A stretch of 64,000 bases of DNA from NCBI GenBank assembly GCA_951406725.2, contig OX597816.1, forward strand, positions 126,046,001-126,110,000. The letters run 5' to 3'. Positions 25,075-40,400 of this stretch are shown piece after piece. The translations under genes and the position numbers were made by a program. Source of the DNA: Octopus vulgaris. Its lineage: Eukaryota. Positions within the stretch are counted from its first letter, which is position 1. Every line of letters begins with the position of its first letter. The notes beneath the pieces are model-generated. The model saw nothing but the letters and a program-made list of their open reading frames with translations, was not told where the DNA came from and searched no databases.

Positions 25075-25944
25075 GTACAAACAGCAATCCATTCTTAGAT
25101 TAACTAGAATTGCCAAAAGCCAAATGATACAGTTTAATATATCAGTATTTCTTGTGATACAAAAACAAAATTAGGTGAATGTTAGTTGTCTCAAGAGGGT
25201 AGGTTTATAATTGAAAAACCTAAAAGAAAATTTGCAAATCACAATAGATATTTATTATCTGTAAATTATATTTATGCTACTGAATTTAAAAGAAATGTTA
25301 TTGCACTATATCTTATAACCAGAACTTGTAAAAACTATCAGTATGAAAACTTAATTGTAAAAAATTATCAGCAAGAAAACTTTATCTCTCCCTGTAAGTC
25401 TACAATATAATCCTCAAGAAAAAATATCAAATATCGATAGCTAAATATATTCACAGTAGAAATCTTATGTGCATATAATAATTGTTATGAATTATAACAT
25501 TTCTTGTACACACAATATAAATGTAATATAATAATTGGTAATGCTGCAAAACTACCTGCACAAATCATTCAATGAAAAGGCTTAAGATTGTTTAAATCTG
25601 TAATTGTTAGTATCAGAACCATAAAATATCTCAACTATTGTTTCAGTGTAAAAATTCAAGTTAAGCTTGATATGTAGTCAGTGAAATCAATTTAACAATT
25701 ATTACAAATTTCTGCTTAAAAGATGGGGAATTTATAGTCACATTGAGTTTCGGAAAATGATAGGGACAAAAGCTATTGATCAAAAGAGTCTGAAAAGTCA
25801 TGTCAATCTATTAGGTAAGTACACCAGTTCTACATTATAAATTTGCTATGTCATGGTAAAAAAAAAAAACATTTTGGAATTGATACAGAGGATTGATAAT
25901 TATATTTTGTGTTTTAGCAATGTTTTGTCATTTTCTTGCAGACA

Positions 25945-26530
25945 TGACAAAATGCAAGTGATTTGAAAGAAAAACTGGGTATACAAGGCATCAGATGTAG
26001 TGTGCAAGAGAGAAATCTGCAATGGTACAGTAATGTAATATGTATGAATGATGACAGTTATATGAAGAGATGCCAATTTCTAATTATGGAGGGAACTTGT
26101 GGAAGGGACAGATCCAGGAAAATGTGGGATAAAGTGATGAGAAAAGATCTTCAGATATTGAGCCTCACAGAGGGGATGACAGAGGGCTGAGACTACTGGC
26201 AGTTTGCCGTACTTGAGAAGACACATCAAGCTAAGTAAAATCAAGGTTGTCCTTGCATACAGGCATATTCCCTGCATCCCTCTTCAGCTGAGCATTCCCA
26301 GTCTTGTAGGCTCAGGAGAGTTGGTGCCACATAAAAAGCACCCATACCAGTGCTATGTAAATACACTCTGTAAAGTGGTTGGTGTTAGGAAGGGCGTCCA
26401 GCCATAGAAACCATCCCAAAATAGACATGGAGCTTAGGCAGCTCTTCAGCCAGCCAGCTCCTGTCAAACCATCCAAACCATGCCACTATGGAAAACAGAC
26501 ATTAAATGAGGACAATAATGATGAGGATGA
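25945..26530 (+). mobile_element. RTE LINE 3' fragment with tail
   Basis: ORF 25963-26190 GIRCSVQER...GTCGRDRSRKMWD; tail gtggttggtgttaggaagggcgtccagcc...atggaaaacagacattaaatgag. Confidence 0.85.
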
Positions 26531-28282
26531 AATAAAATAGACATTTTTGTTTTGTTTTGCGGCAGATTTATTTAAACATGCTATTTTGGAATGAATTTAG
26601 TCCTAAGTATGTGGTTGTCTATGATCCCTCACAAGAAATATTTCATGAACATGAAAAATATATGAATGTTTAAATCTATTTGTTTTGTTTCTCTCCAGTT
26701 TATAATGAAAATATGGGCAAACACTGCCTAATTTTAGATCAGCATTTAGTGTTACCAATATAAATTACTGGCCATGCTAACAGTATAGCTTCAAATCCCT
26801 GTTCCCTACCAAAAAAAAAAGACATTCTGACATAACCATTTATCAATAAATGGAAGAGTGCAGTGTTTGATGAGATGCAATAGAAAGCTTTATAATTAGT
26901 CTTTACATTAGGTTTACAGTTGTTGTTAGTCAATTAAAATATAATTGTCATTATCCAGTTTAAAGACTGCAATCTTGTCCCAGAATCATTTGACAGAAAA
27001 CAAAACGAAATTCTTGTAATGCAAAATTCAAGTTGAAAATAATCATTTTAATCAAAACCCAGATTGCCCATCTGAATGGGCTTTTGGCATTGCAGATAAA
27101 ATTATGAGGGACTGGGGATAGAAAGACAAATTCAGAAATACCATATCAGATGCCATGTAAAAACTGAGAACTGAACAGGCTCTATATGGTAAAATGAAAA
27201 CAAGTGAAAGAATGCATTTTAGAACTTTGTTCCATTAGCTATACTTTTACACATGCAACTATTTTCTGCCATGCTCTGTAGATGTTTAAAGAACTGGAAA
27301 CATCAAGTATCAAGTGACTAGTGCACTTACTTTATGAACAGGTAAGATTTGTGCCTCAGGCAGTGGACTCAAATTGTACAGAAACTCCCAATAGATGTGG
27401 GATTAAGATAGATATTTTTCCATAATCAAAGCATTTTTTAGCTGGAAACATTTTCAGCATGTGAAACAACCAGAGCATGATTTTCCCTACTCTATTTTTT
27501 AGAATGAGATAATATGGTAATTAGCTGATCTATTGTTTTTATGGTCAAATCATATATTTTTAATTTCTGATCATGTCTTCAAAGAAATTCAAAGCAAATA
27601 CCACTTATTAAGGGAGTGAGAAAGGGGAACTGTCAAATCAGTGAGCAATCTTATCAGTAGGAATATATAGTAATATACACTATGAAACCTAAACACTGCA
27701 AAAAGCAAATAGAACAAATGATATCTCCTCAATTATATCTTATTCAACTTCATATAGTATTTTCCCATGGTATTCAATGTCAATACATATAACTACAGTT
27801 CATTAAGCAATGATTGCTATCTTAATGCAAATCAGTTTCCCTACTATCATTGATTTAAATCAGTATTTCGGTGTTGACAAAAATTAAGTTGTAATCCCAC
27901 ACTACTCATATCCTTAAGTCCAGACCTTGAATCTCAAGAGCCATATATCCAGAGCCCAACCTAAATATCACATTTCAAATCCTTTTAGCTAAAACAATAT
28001 CTGCTGTAGTTTTTACTATGATCCTATATCAGAGTTTCTAGTCCTCAAAGCACAATTGCTTTCTCATTTTGCAATGTTTGTTTTATAACTGCATGTTTGT
28101 TTCACTATGTTACACTAGTATAAGCCCCATTACTATAGAGAAAAAGAAAAATACCTACAGGTCTTTTATCATACTACCAATCATTTCTTTGAAGAAAAAG
28201 AAACCTTTTAGCAGTAATGCTCTTAAATTCTTATATTCTAGTAGTAAATATTTAATAGGGAATTAAGAAACATAACTCAAAC

Positions 28283-28354
28283 CTGATGTGAACATACAAG
28301 ATTAAGGTAATCAGTCTCTGGTTGTTCACCATGTCTGTTGGACCAAGACATAAG
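28283..28354 (-). other. Candidate 72-nt upstream exon
   Basis: ttttgcag|CTT...CAG|gtttga; open frame LMSWSNRHGEQPETDYLNLVCSHQ, phase 0-0; weak polypyrimidine tract, could be chance. Confidence 0.15.
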
Positions 28355-31300
28355 CTGCAAAAGCTTTGAATATGTACAGATGGCAAAAACTAATAATACC
28401 AAATTCCTGTTAACTCTTCCTACATAATAAGTCTGGTCATATTTCAACTACGTCACAATCTAGTGTTCCTTTTTATTTCTAGTAACATAGTCATTTAGGC
28501 AATATTATCTTCCTACCTTTTCAGACTCCTGTGTAATGTGATGTTTTTTTTTTTTCTGAATTGTTAAAGGACTATCACGTTGTCAATAGAAATAACAATT
28601 CAATAATGAATTCCTTCAAACTATCTGAAACGATTTGGATTATGAAGCAACAGAGTTGCATTAAATATTCACTTGATTCGTTAAACCCTTAAATATGGAA
28701 TTCATGTTAAAATGTATAAATTATTCAGTCCATTCAATTTTGTTATAGTAGCCTGTACTGTCTATTAACTTATACCAATCTCTCTTAACAGCAAAACTCA
28801 AAATCTTTCTCATAATGAAGAAAAGCACACTATTTTACAGTATGTGTCTCATTAGAAATATGAACCTATGATACATCTTGGTATAAATTCTAATAAATTT
28901 TATATATTTTTTTATATTCTATTGTTTATTTTCTTTAAGATGCTTTGATTACTTTGCTTTGGATGCTTTCTTTTTTTTTTCGTTACTTTCTTACTCTATT
29001 AATTTAAAACTTCCTTAATTTCCTTTCTTCACAGCATCATCATTGCTTTGCATCTGTTAAGAATAATGCTGCAGTGCAAATCATCAACAAGTTTCTTACT
29101 TGTATTATTTAGCCAAACATGTGACAAGAGTTAACTTGTTCATGGAAGATCTTGCAGCCTTCACTGATTTAATTTCCTGAATTGTCTTCATTGCTGTTCT
29201 GGCATACTAGTGTTGGTTTCAATAGATGCAGGAACACATTTTAAATTTCTTTAGCACAGTGAATGGTGACATTATTATGCCTCCATCTTATAATTATCTA
29301 CAGCAGTAGAGATGATTTTCTAAATTGTTATCTCAACTATTTTACATGTATTTTTCTACACTACCTAAGATATGATGAATCAACAATATATACACTTGCA
29401 TACTTTTGGAATAGCTGGTTTTACAACACACTTGTGCAAATGGGAAATGATACAGTAGCTGCAGAAGTTTAAATTGATGACCATACAATCCATAATCTAA
29501 GACCTCAACTTCACAACCAGAGTATTTGATTATTTTTAGGAACTTTTTTCCTCCCATGTCATTGATAAATCCTTAGCCCCAACACTAAAATTAAATGTTT
29601 TCTTTAAGTGGCAAGTCTATAAAATTTTTTAAATGTGAATCTGAATCAGAGTCATGTAAAGAAACACTAGTCTCTTTTAATAAAATAAAACTATCGTCTT
29701 TTATACCTGCTAAGAATGTTATTTCTTATTCCCTAAAAATTAAAACAAAAAAAAAAACAGCTCTAAAAATATAACTAAAATTTCAAGATGACTAAAGTAA
29801 ATATTTTTAAATACTATAATTTAGCTTTCCTGCTTCATAAAGATTTTCATATTTTCCAGAGTTATCTAAATTCAAGGGCATTTAGAAATGCAAAATACTA
29901 GTTGTGGTTGGGACATGTATCTAGTTTAACTTTTGTACAAATATAGGTTTGGTAATCCATTCAATAAAAAAGAAATTGTTGAGCAGAGTTCAAAATAACT
30001 GAAAATTTATAAGATCACCCATATTTGTTACAGACACAGTCCATTTAATTCACTGTTTTTGCTGATGCAAATCATAACTGTCTGTTTTGCCTTCTCTTTT
30101 TATCCCCCCAGTACCATTTTGGTCTGAAGATAACTTTGTTGCACTGTAACTTTATTTTGTATTTGAATCATATGAGTCATTGGGTGATTTTAAAAGTATG
30201 TGGTCATAACACTAAGTGTTTAAGACTTTTCAACTCATTGAATATTTTACAGCAAGTTAAAACAGAACTTAGCCACGAGATGCAGAAATTTTCTTATCTT
30301 TGTTGTAATTCCTGGAGAGCATTATTTTTAGTACATTTAGGTTTTGCTGTTTCAATGATCTTTGAGTGTGGTGTTGTCAGTATGAAAACATGTGCAGACA
30401 TTGTTTTTATATTTGTAGGTATGTGGAACAATATACTGCAAAACAAGTTATTTTAAAATTTATCAGCATTTTTGTTTATGAATAGAGGAAGCTGAAAAAG
30501 TGATCAAGTTGTAAGCACTCCAAATTTCCAATAATTTAAGGTGGGTAATTTAAACAAAATACATATTTTGTGTTTTCAAAATAGAGCAGCATTATGCATT
30601 TATATAATTTGGGTAACTGACTTAGCTCATTCAATATTGCTGAACATAAATCTAAATCTCTAAACTAAAAAATTGAACATCAGAAAGAATGAAATTTTGA
30701 GTTTCTTAAAGGTAAGTACTTTATACCAAAAATATGCAATGATTCATATCAAATACTCACACCATTCAGAAAATATGCCAAGTAAAATAAAGTTCAAAGC
30801 AAAGAATAAATAATAGTAACAAAAGAAGCAATAGCTTCAAAGGTACCAAACATAATGCTGTCTGAGAATTACATCAAAGATAAGATAATTTAATAAAGAT
30901 CAGAAAGGAAGTCACTGCAGAATCATTTATCAAATATCTTACTTTACAATTCAACAATACAAAAGGAAGACAATGAAAACCACCCATGCTAGCATGTAGC
31001 AGCAATGAGCAGTTATGATCAATCCAACAGAATGAGAATCTAGTAGTAATAATTAAAGCAATTCAATACAGGAATAAATCATTTCTAAAAAGTGGGGTCA
31101 AAATGTGTTTATAACCTTTAATACTTTATACAATAAGCTATTCATATAGAATTTAAAATACTGGCTTTTCTTCCAAGTCTGTATTAATGATTTAAAAGAT
31201 ATTTCAAAATATACAAACTCTCTGGAGAAAAACTGAGTTTTGATATTTATTTTAAAATATTTTCTATTTGTTCAAGCAAATAAATTTATTCTATATTTTA

Positions 31301-31454
31301 CTTAGATAGTGTAAAACTTAGCCTACACTTATGGCTCTAGAAATAAGAAATGCAATATTGGAACAAAGTGTAGGATTAAGAATAAGATAAGAGAATGATG
31401 TAATAAAAAAAATTCAAAGAAGCCTATCAAACAAATCAATTCTTTAAAAATGTA

Positions 31455-31810
31455 AGTGTGGATGGGTGGTTGACAAGCTTACCTCCCATGGTTTTAGTCT
31501 CACTATGAACCTCAGGAAAATGTCCTCATCTACAGCCCCAGAGAAAATAAAGCCTTGTGAATGAATTTGGTTGACAAAAACTAGAACCCTACTCTATGTG
31601 TATGTGTGTTTAAGTATATGTATATATCTTTGTATTTCTGCTTTGTTTGTCCCCTACTACCACTTCACAGTTGCTGTTAGTGTATTAACATCCCTGTAAC
31701 CTAGCAGTTCAGAGAAAGAAACTAAGAGAATAAGCACCAAGCTTTAATAGATAAGTACTGACTTTATTCAACTAAACTCTTCGAAGCAGTAATCCAGTGT
31801 TGGGAGAAAC
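31455..31810 (+). mobile_element. Degraded tRNA-derived SINE
   Basis: aagccttgtgaatgaatttggttgac, gtttgtcccc, catccctgtaacctagcagttc, gaataagcacc...gataagtact; related to 5978-6150. Confidence 0.6.
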
Positions 31811-32305
31811 AAGGAAAAGTACATATCTTGACTCCATGCACAGCAAACGTTCAGAGTTTCGGTTTTACCAAAAGGTAAATTTAGTTCAACAAAATGAACT
31901 AATACAAGCACATTAAATGATATTGCAGATATATTAAAATGAATTTGAATGATTAAATGACTATTGTATGACATTACAATAATTAATACTAGTTTTTCTC
32001 TAATTTACAAAATCTGAAATTACTGAAGCCCAAGAATCTACTCTAAGTATAATCTTGTAGAAGATAATATGTACATATATGCATGTATGTGTATAAATAT
32101 ATATATATATATATACAATTGGAAAATAGGATAAAATCTTTATAAGAATTTATAAAGTAATTAGCGTGAAAAACCTCATAAGGGAAAAATCCATCAATTT
32201 TTCCTCTTAAATATATTTATTTATATTAAGGGCAATTATGTATAGTAATGCCCTTAATATATATATATATACATACATACATATATACATATATGTATGT
32301 ATATA

Positions 32306-34207
32306 TGGGCTGAATTCAAAAATCTGGATTCGACTGCAGCTTTTGAGGTGTACAAAACTCAACGAGACCGAGCCATGAAAATTGAAAAGGAAGAACGCTT
32401 CAGTTATGAATACAAAATCGCGGCAAATGCCAGTAGCAATCCAAGAACCTTCTTTGCCCATGTCCAACGGAATTCCCGCTTGAACAACCAGATTGCAACG
32501 TTGGTAGACTCAACAGGCATATCGATTGAGGACCCTTATCAACAGAGTCAATTATTTGCCGAGGCTTTTTCAACTATTTTCAAACAAGATGATGGTCGTG
32601 AACCCCCTCCATTTGATAGATCGGTATCTCCAATGCTTTTGATTGGTCATCACGCGGGACGAAGTCAAACGTGTTATTCAAGGCCTCGATGTCAACAAGG
32701 GTCACGGCCCTGACGGCATACACCCACGGGTTATCAAAGCGTTGGCTCCGGTCATCTGTGAGCCCTTAACACGTCTATTCAATATGTCATTGGCGACGGG
32801 TGTTATACCTGCGGACTGGAGAACAGCGATAATCTGCCCAATTTTCAAGAAAGGGAGCCGCGAAGACCCGCTTATCTACCGACCGGTTTTCCTTACATCA
32901 ATAATCAGCAAGATGTTCGAAACCATCCTTAAGAAAAGTATGATGCTCCACCTCCAAAACACAGCCTCTATCTCTGATTCCCCGACACGGCTTCGTGCCG
33001 AAGAGATCATGCTTGACCAACTTACTGGTAATGGAAGAATTGGTGACGCGCATCCTCGATGATAGTGATGCTGTTGACATCGTTTTATTGGACTTTGCCA
33101 AAGCTTTTGACTCGGTAAACCACCGCCTATTACTTGTCAAGCTTCAAGCATATAGTTGGGTTGGTGCCTTCCTCTCAGATCGCTCCTTCCAAGTCCAAGT
33201 TAATGGTTCGCGGTCCGACGTCTCCAGTGCGAGCAGTGGCGTGTCTCAAGGTTCAGTGCTTGGGCCCTTATTGTTCTTAGTCTTCATAAATGACTTGCCC
33301 GACGACCTCACGCAACACACCCTTCTATTTGCCGACGATATCAAACTGGTCACTCCTCGCGGTGATATAGAGGATCTTCGTCGATGCCTCCACCAAATTT
33401 GGAAGTGGTCTAACGAATGGGACCTGTGTCTGAACGTGTCAAAGTGCTGTCATCTGCCTGTTGGCTCTCCTCTTGCAACTCAACTTGATTTCGAGCCGGG
33501 TTGTCTGCTGCGGAGAGGACCGATTAGGTAAAGGACCTGGGTATGTTGGTGGATTCCTCCTTTTCGCCTTCGGCCCAGTGCGTCCATTCTGCCAACAAAG
33601 CACGCGGAATTCTGTTCTTGATTCGACGGTCATTCGGAATGCTCACAGCAGCCATATTCCTACTTCTCAATGTCACGCTGGTGAGACCCATATTGGAGTA
33701 CGGGATTCAAGCCTCTTCTCCTTATCTCCTCAAAGACATACAGCATCTCGAAAGAGTCCAGAAGCTGGCTACCCGCATGGTTCATGGTCTCAAAAATTTG
33801 TCCTATGAAGAAAGGCTGAGGACGCTCGACCTTTATTCTCTTGAAAAACGCCGCCGCCGCGGTGATCTCATTCTTACCCACAACATCATAAGCAGAAAGT
33901 GTAACCTCTCGAAAGAGCTGTTCTTCACTCCTGCTCCAGAGCGTCGGCTGCGGGGTCATTCCGAAAAGCTCTACCTGCGACGATTTCATCTCAACCGAAG
34001 GATAGGAGCTTTCTCCGTCCGGGTTACGGATCCGTGGAACAAGCTGCGAGACGAGATGGTGAAGATGCTGACGACCGCTTTATTCAAAGCCTCCCTTGAC
34101 CTCAAGTGGCCTGAACTCTTTACATGAACACCACCCTGTACTTAACTCCATGTCCCCTTACATGGGCTTGCTATTTGCTTTTGAGCCAAATTAACTAACT
34201 AACTAAC
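32306..34207 (+). mobile_element. 5'-truncated CR1 LINE (second family) with (TAAC)n tail
   Basis: GPDGIHPRV, LLDFAKAFDSVNH, GVSQGSVLGP, LFADDIKL, LVRPILEY, LDLYSLEKRRRRGDLI; frameshifted; ends ttaactaactaactaac. Confidence 0.93.
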
Positions 34208-34262
34208 ATATATATATATACATATATATGTATACATAAATGTGTATATATATATACATATA

Positions 34263-34296
<34 letters not shown>

Positions 34297-34929
34297 CATA
34301 ATGTGTATATATATATATACATATATATATACATATATATATCTACATATATGTATACATATCTCTTTTATATATATATACATATATATATCTACATATA
34401 TGTATACATATCTCTTTTATATATATATACATATATATATCTACATATATGTATACATATATATACATATATATATACATATATATACATATATATATAC
34501 ATATATATATCTACATATATGTATACAAATATATATACATATATATATACATATATATATACATATATATATATCTACATATATGTATACATATATATAT
34601 ACGTATATATATCTACATATATGTATACATATATATATACATATATATATATCTACATATATGTATACATATATATATACATATATATATATCTACATAT
34701 ATGTATACATATATATATACATATATATATATCTACATATATGTATACATATATATATACATATATATATATCTACATATATGTATACATATATATATAC
34801 ATATATATATATCTACATATATGTATACATATATATATACATATATATATACATATATATATATCTACATATATGTATACATATATATATATACATATAT
34901 ATATACATATATATATCTACATATATGTA
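34208..34929. repeat. Complex AT microsatellite with recurring atctacatatatgtatac unit
   Basis: Direct inspection; the Y/I/H/T ORFs here are artefacts. Confidence 0.97.
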
Positions 34930-36812
34930 CTTTGATACTTGGATACTTTGATAGGTTTCGGCCATTATTGGCCCAGGCCATGTCTAACTTAATAGCACCA
35001 CCTGGTGAAGTCTTTCAAGTCAGAATTTGGGCACTATGGCCCACTCAAGTAGAGAGTTATTGTTTACAGAGACATATCCGGGTGTAGGGGGTTTATCCGG
35101 AATTTCTTGAAGGAATCTGTCCAAAGACTTCTTGAACCCTATAGGGTCAGTTTCTGTTTTAATGTGTTTTGGTGTAATGTTAAAGAGAGTGGGGCCAATT
35201 GAGGTGAAATAATTGTGCCGTATTGTTGTTATGAGATGAGAGTGCGATTTTTGTTTTGGGCGGATGGCACGGGGCCCAAGCCTTGGATGTACCTTAAAGG
35301 TGATGCCAACATCATTTGGGCAATGCTGATGGAATATTTTCCACATCATGCAGATGATGTAGCGCTCACGACGACGTTGGAGAGAATAGAGTTTTAGCTT
35401 TTCTAGTCGACCCCAATAGTGGAGGCCTGTCATGCCATCTATCTTTTTTGTGATTGCCCTTTGAGGTGCTTCAACTTTTATGATACCTTGTATTGTGTGG
35501 GGAGACCACAGTGGACAACAGTATTCAAGGTGGGGTCGGGCAAAAGTGGAGAAGAGAAGGATAATGGTGTGGATATCTCTCGACTGGAAAGTTCAGAGAA
35601 TCCAGGAACACATTCTGCGGGCCATGTCAACTTTGGTGTTTATATGAGTGGCCCAGCTTATGTTGTTGTCCACAATTACTCCCAAGTCTCTGATGTTGTT
35701 GGACGCCGCGAGAGTTTCACCTGAAGGAAGGGAGTATGGGAGTTTCAGGGCATCCTCTTTTCCAAAGTGGATTAGCTCAAATTTATCCTCGTTCAGCAGC
35801 ATATTGTTTTTTTCTGCCCATTGGATAACAGCCAGTAGATCTGACTGAAGGCATGTCCGGTCACTCGCCTCATTTATGACCTTCTGTAGCTTGGAGTCAT
35901 CTGCAAAGATTTTTATGTTGCTGTGCTTGATGATGTCATTAATGTCATTAATGTAAATGATGAAAAGAAGTGGGCCCAGCACAGGGCCTTGCGGAACGCC
36001 ACTACTGACTTTGGCTGGGCTTGATGTTACCCCTTCAACTACAACATGTTGAGATCTGTCTGTCAGGAAACACTTGATCCATTTCAGTAACTTTCCAGAG
36101 ACACCAATGTTGGATAGTTTTTTCAATAGGATCTTGTGATCGACCCTGTCGAAGGCCTTACTGAAATCAAGGTAGATGACATCGGTGTTGGAGCCCTCTC
36201 CCAAAGCTCTCAAAATGTCCTCAAAGTGATGCAGGAGCTGCGTTAGGCAGTCCCTTCCATTACGGAACCCATGTTGGTTGGAGATCAGCCGTCTGTTGCT
36301 TTCCAGAAATTGGGTTATTCGAGATCTCACCACCCTCTCAAATACCTTGATGATATGAGAGGTGAGTGAGATCGGACGGTAATTCACTGCAAGGGACTTG
36401 TTTCCCTTTTTGAAAACTGGGACAACAGACTGGGACAGAAGGTTTTTTGGAATATAGCCAGCATCCAGTGAGTTTCTCCACAGATTAGCAAGGGGAGATG
36501 CAAGTTGGTGTCGACAAACCTTCAGGACACAAGCAGGGAACCTATCGGGGCCTACTGCTGAATTGTGTTTTATTTCGTTTATCGCCGCTAAGACATCAGG
36601 GGCACTAAACGTTATGTCCGATATAGTGTGTTGGGGGTTGACATCACTGATACAGCCCAGATCGGCCATATCAGGATTGCTGAAAACAGAGCAGTATTGT
36701 TTCTGCAGTATCTCGGCCATGGATTTGGCATTATCTTGGAGAGTGCCAGTTTCATCAATTAGAGGGCCTACAGTGGAGACAGTGACCCTGCGTTTCCTCG
36801 CAAATGAAAAGA
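34930..36812 (-). mobile_element. 5'-truncated CR1-clade LINE (third family)
   Basis: [63 protein letters not shown]; tail gtatccaagtatcaaagta. Confidence 0.93.
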
Positions 36813-37319
36813 ACATATACATATATACATATATATATACATATATATATCTACATGTGTATATATATATATACATATATATATCTACATATATGTATAC
36901 ATATATATATTTATCTACATATATGTATACATATATATATATACATATATATATACATATATATATATACATATACATACATATGTGTATATATATATAT
37001 ATACATATATATATCTACATATATGAGGGACGTGTCCTGAACTTTGGCATCGAGAGTTATATATATACATATATGTGTGTATATATATATATACATATAT
37101 ATATCTACATATATGTATACATATATATATATCTACATATATGTATACATATATATATATACGTATATATATACATATATATATACATATATATATACAT
37201 ATACATACACATATATATATACATATACATACATATGTGTATATATATATATACATATATATATCTACATATATGAGGGACGTGTCCTGAACTTTGGCAT
37301 CGAGAGTTATATATATACA

Positions 37320-37354
<35 letters not shown>

Positions 37355-37499
37355 TGTGTATATATATATATATACATATATATATCTACATATATGTATA
37401 CATATATATATATATACATATGTGTATATATATATATACATATATATATCTACATATATGTATACATATATATATATACATATATGTATACATATATAT
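36813..37499. repeat. Complex AT microsatellite containing two 35-nt LINE-derived inserts
   Basis: Same atctacatatatgtatac unit as 34208-34929; inserts at 37025-37059 and 37275-37309. Confidence 0.95.
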
Positions 37500-40400
37500 G
37501 ATTGATAGATTGATTGATTCTAGTTTCAGCTTATGAGCTGTGGCCATGCTGGGGCACCGCCATTTGGTGTTGCTACTTGGTTTCACTTCACGAAAGCTTT
37601 CTAGCAACTGCCATTTGGTGCATGAGAGAGTTCGATGCAGCTGCCCTCATCTGCCACTCCTGCCGTGAAGTTGGTTCATCTGGGACACCTGACAGGAAGA
37701 GATCCAGCTTCATTTTAAAGACATCTGTATCCACCCCATGCAGGTCTCTCAGGTTCTTCGGGAGGATATTGAAGAGCTGTGGGCCTCGGAAGCCCAGGCT
37801 ATCACAGAATCTTGTCCTACATCTTGATAGCAAGTTTGGAGTCCTAGGCACCACGCAGTGGCACCCAGTTCTGGCATTTGCGTAACTCTCGATGCCAAAG
37901 TTCAGGACACGTCCCTCCAGGATCTTCCAGATGTATATTATGGCATATCTTTCCCGCCTACGCTCCAGGGAATATAGTTTTAATCTCTTGAGTCTTTCCC
38001 AGTAGCTTACATTCTGCATAGAGGCTATCTTCTTCGTGTAGCTACGTTGGATCGCCTCGAGCTCTGTGATCAACTTGACACTGGATGGTGACCATAACTG
38101 AGAGCAGTAGTCAAAGTGGCTTAGGACAAGTGTCCTCCAGAGGACCATCATGGTTTCTTGTTCTCTTGTTCTAAAGGTTCTGAGGATCCATCCGGCCAGT
38201 CGTCTACATTTCATTGCCAATTTAGCAACATGTACACGAAAGGTCACGTCATCACTCATGTAAATACCTAGGTCACGCACTGATTGTGCCTCTGGGATTG
38301 CTATTCCTCCGGGTCCAGTGTATTCATTGGGTATTGCATTTAGTTTTGCATGCTGATAGTATAGAGCTTGAAACTTTTCAGCATTGAACTGCATGCTATT
38401 CTTTTCGGCCCACTTGTATATTTTGTCCAGCTCACATTGCAGATGTTTAGTGTCCTCAGGGTTCTGTATTGCCTGTGAAACTTTTGTATCATCTGCATAA
38501 CTTGTGATCGTGGCTCTCTGCGTGGCTGAGGGCATGTCTGAGAGGGCCATTATGAACAGTAGTGGTCCCAGAACAGTGCCCTGCGGAACACCGCTCACTA
38601 TTTGCGTGTTACCACCTGACTTCTATCTTTCAGAAAGTCATGAAGCCATTCTCCCAGTTTTCCAACTATGCCAAGATCACGCAGTTTGTGACATATCATT
38701 CCATGATCGATTTTATCAAAGGCCTTTGCAAAGTCGAGATATATCACGTCCACATTTGAGTGGTTAAGCAGCCGTTTCAGCACCCAGTCATAGTGTTGTA
38801 GGAGCTGAGTTAAACAGCTTCTCCCTGGTCGGAAACCATGTTGGGTGTCGGGCAGCAAGTCATTCTCTTCAAGGAAGGTGATCAGCTTCCTTCTGACTAT
38901 TCGTTCCATGACCTTGCTGATGTGTGAGGTCAGAGAGATAGGTCTATAGTTCTTGGCTTCCGCTCTGCTACCTCCTTTATGAATGGGGCATATTTTACCT
39001 TCCTTCAGTTTTCTTGGGAGTTTGCCAGCTGCAAGGAAGCTCTGAAAGAGGAACTGCAGTGGTCTTGCTAGGACTCTCTTACATGCTTTTAGGAGGATTG
39101 CCGGGAATCCATCGGGGCCAGTAGCTGAGTCTGTTTTCATTTCATCTATAGCCTTGATTACATCGTCTTCCTTTATATCGATGTAATCTATTGTCGCCGC
39201 CTCTGATTTTATATCTGCAGTGGTAAAAAAGTCAGTTGGATTGGTGATTTGGAGATGCCCAAGGGGTGGATTGAAAACACTCTTGAATTGCTCATTCAGT
39301 ATTTCACTTACCCTCATTGGTTTTCCTGTAAGTGTGCCATCCTATTCGAGGAGTGGCCCAGTGCACCGTAGCTGTTTCTTTGGCATACCTGTAGAAAGCT
39401 CTGGGGTTAGATTTTATGTTGTCTATAGCCCAGGCTTCTTTGTCTGCTCTTTCTTTTTCATGGGAGAGTTGCAGACATTTTTCGATTTCCAACAGTTTTA
39501 TTTTTAGGCGGGACTTTTCACTGCTTTCAATCTGTTTGTTTAGGCGATTTGAAAATCTTGTACGCCGTCTCATTAAAATTTTCCTCTCTCTGGGGATTTT
39601 GTTCTTGTGTACAGTGGCCTTTCTCTCTGGGACACATCTGTAGCATATGGCTTGCATTAGAGACATGAATTGTCGAAGTTTCACGTCGATGTCTGGCGAG
39701 GAGAGACATTTAGGCCAGTTTTGTTTGAGGATCTCTTTCTCAATTTGTTTCCAGTTTGCCTTATGGTAGTTCAGGCTGGAAAGATTCTGAGGGTTTCTTG
39801 TAGGCTGCATGTCCGTGCTCTCTTTTGGCCCGTACATGGTCAGCTCTATCATGTTGTGATCCGAGAGTAGTGTCGGTGTCACTTTCACATTATGGATGAG
39901 ATCCATGTCATTTGTGAAACAGAGATCCAGTGTGTTACCTGCCCTGGTTGGTTGGAGTATTACCTACTCCATGTACAGGGTGTTGATGAGGTTCAGGAGG
40001 GACCTCGCCTGTCCTCGTTCACATCTTGTCATTCCTGGGAGAGAAAGGCCCTCGGGCCATCTGACAATGGGCAGATTGAAGTCTCCCATAAGAAGTACAC
40101 TTATGTGTTGTTCTAATGTGGTTAGAACTTCTTCTATTTTTATAAGGCAGTCTTCAAACTTGCCCACATGGCTTGGGGCATCTGGAGGGCGATATGTAGC
40201 ACACACAACTACATCAAGTTGCCTAATATGTACAATTAGTGTGTCACACACCGAGTTTGAGTATGACAAGAGGACCTGGGGTGTGAGGTCCTCACGGATG
40301 TACATAGCAACACCTCCATGACTCCTTTCTTTTCTGTCGGTCCGTAGTACAGCATACTGTGGTATGTGTAACTCCGCATCTGCTATGTCCGGTTTCAGGT

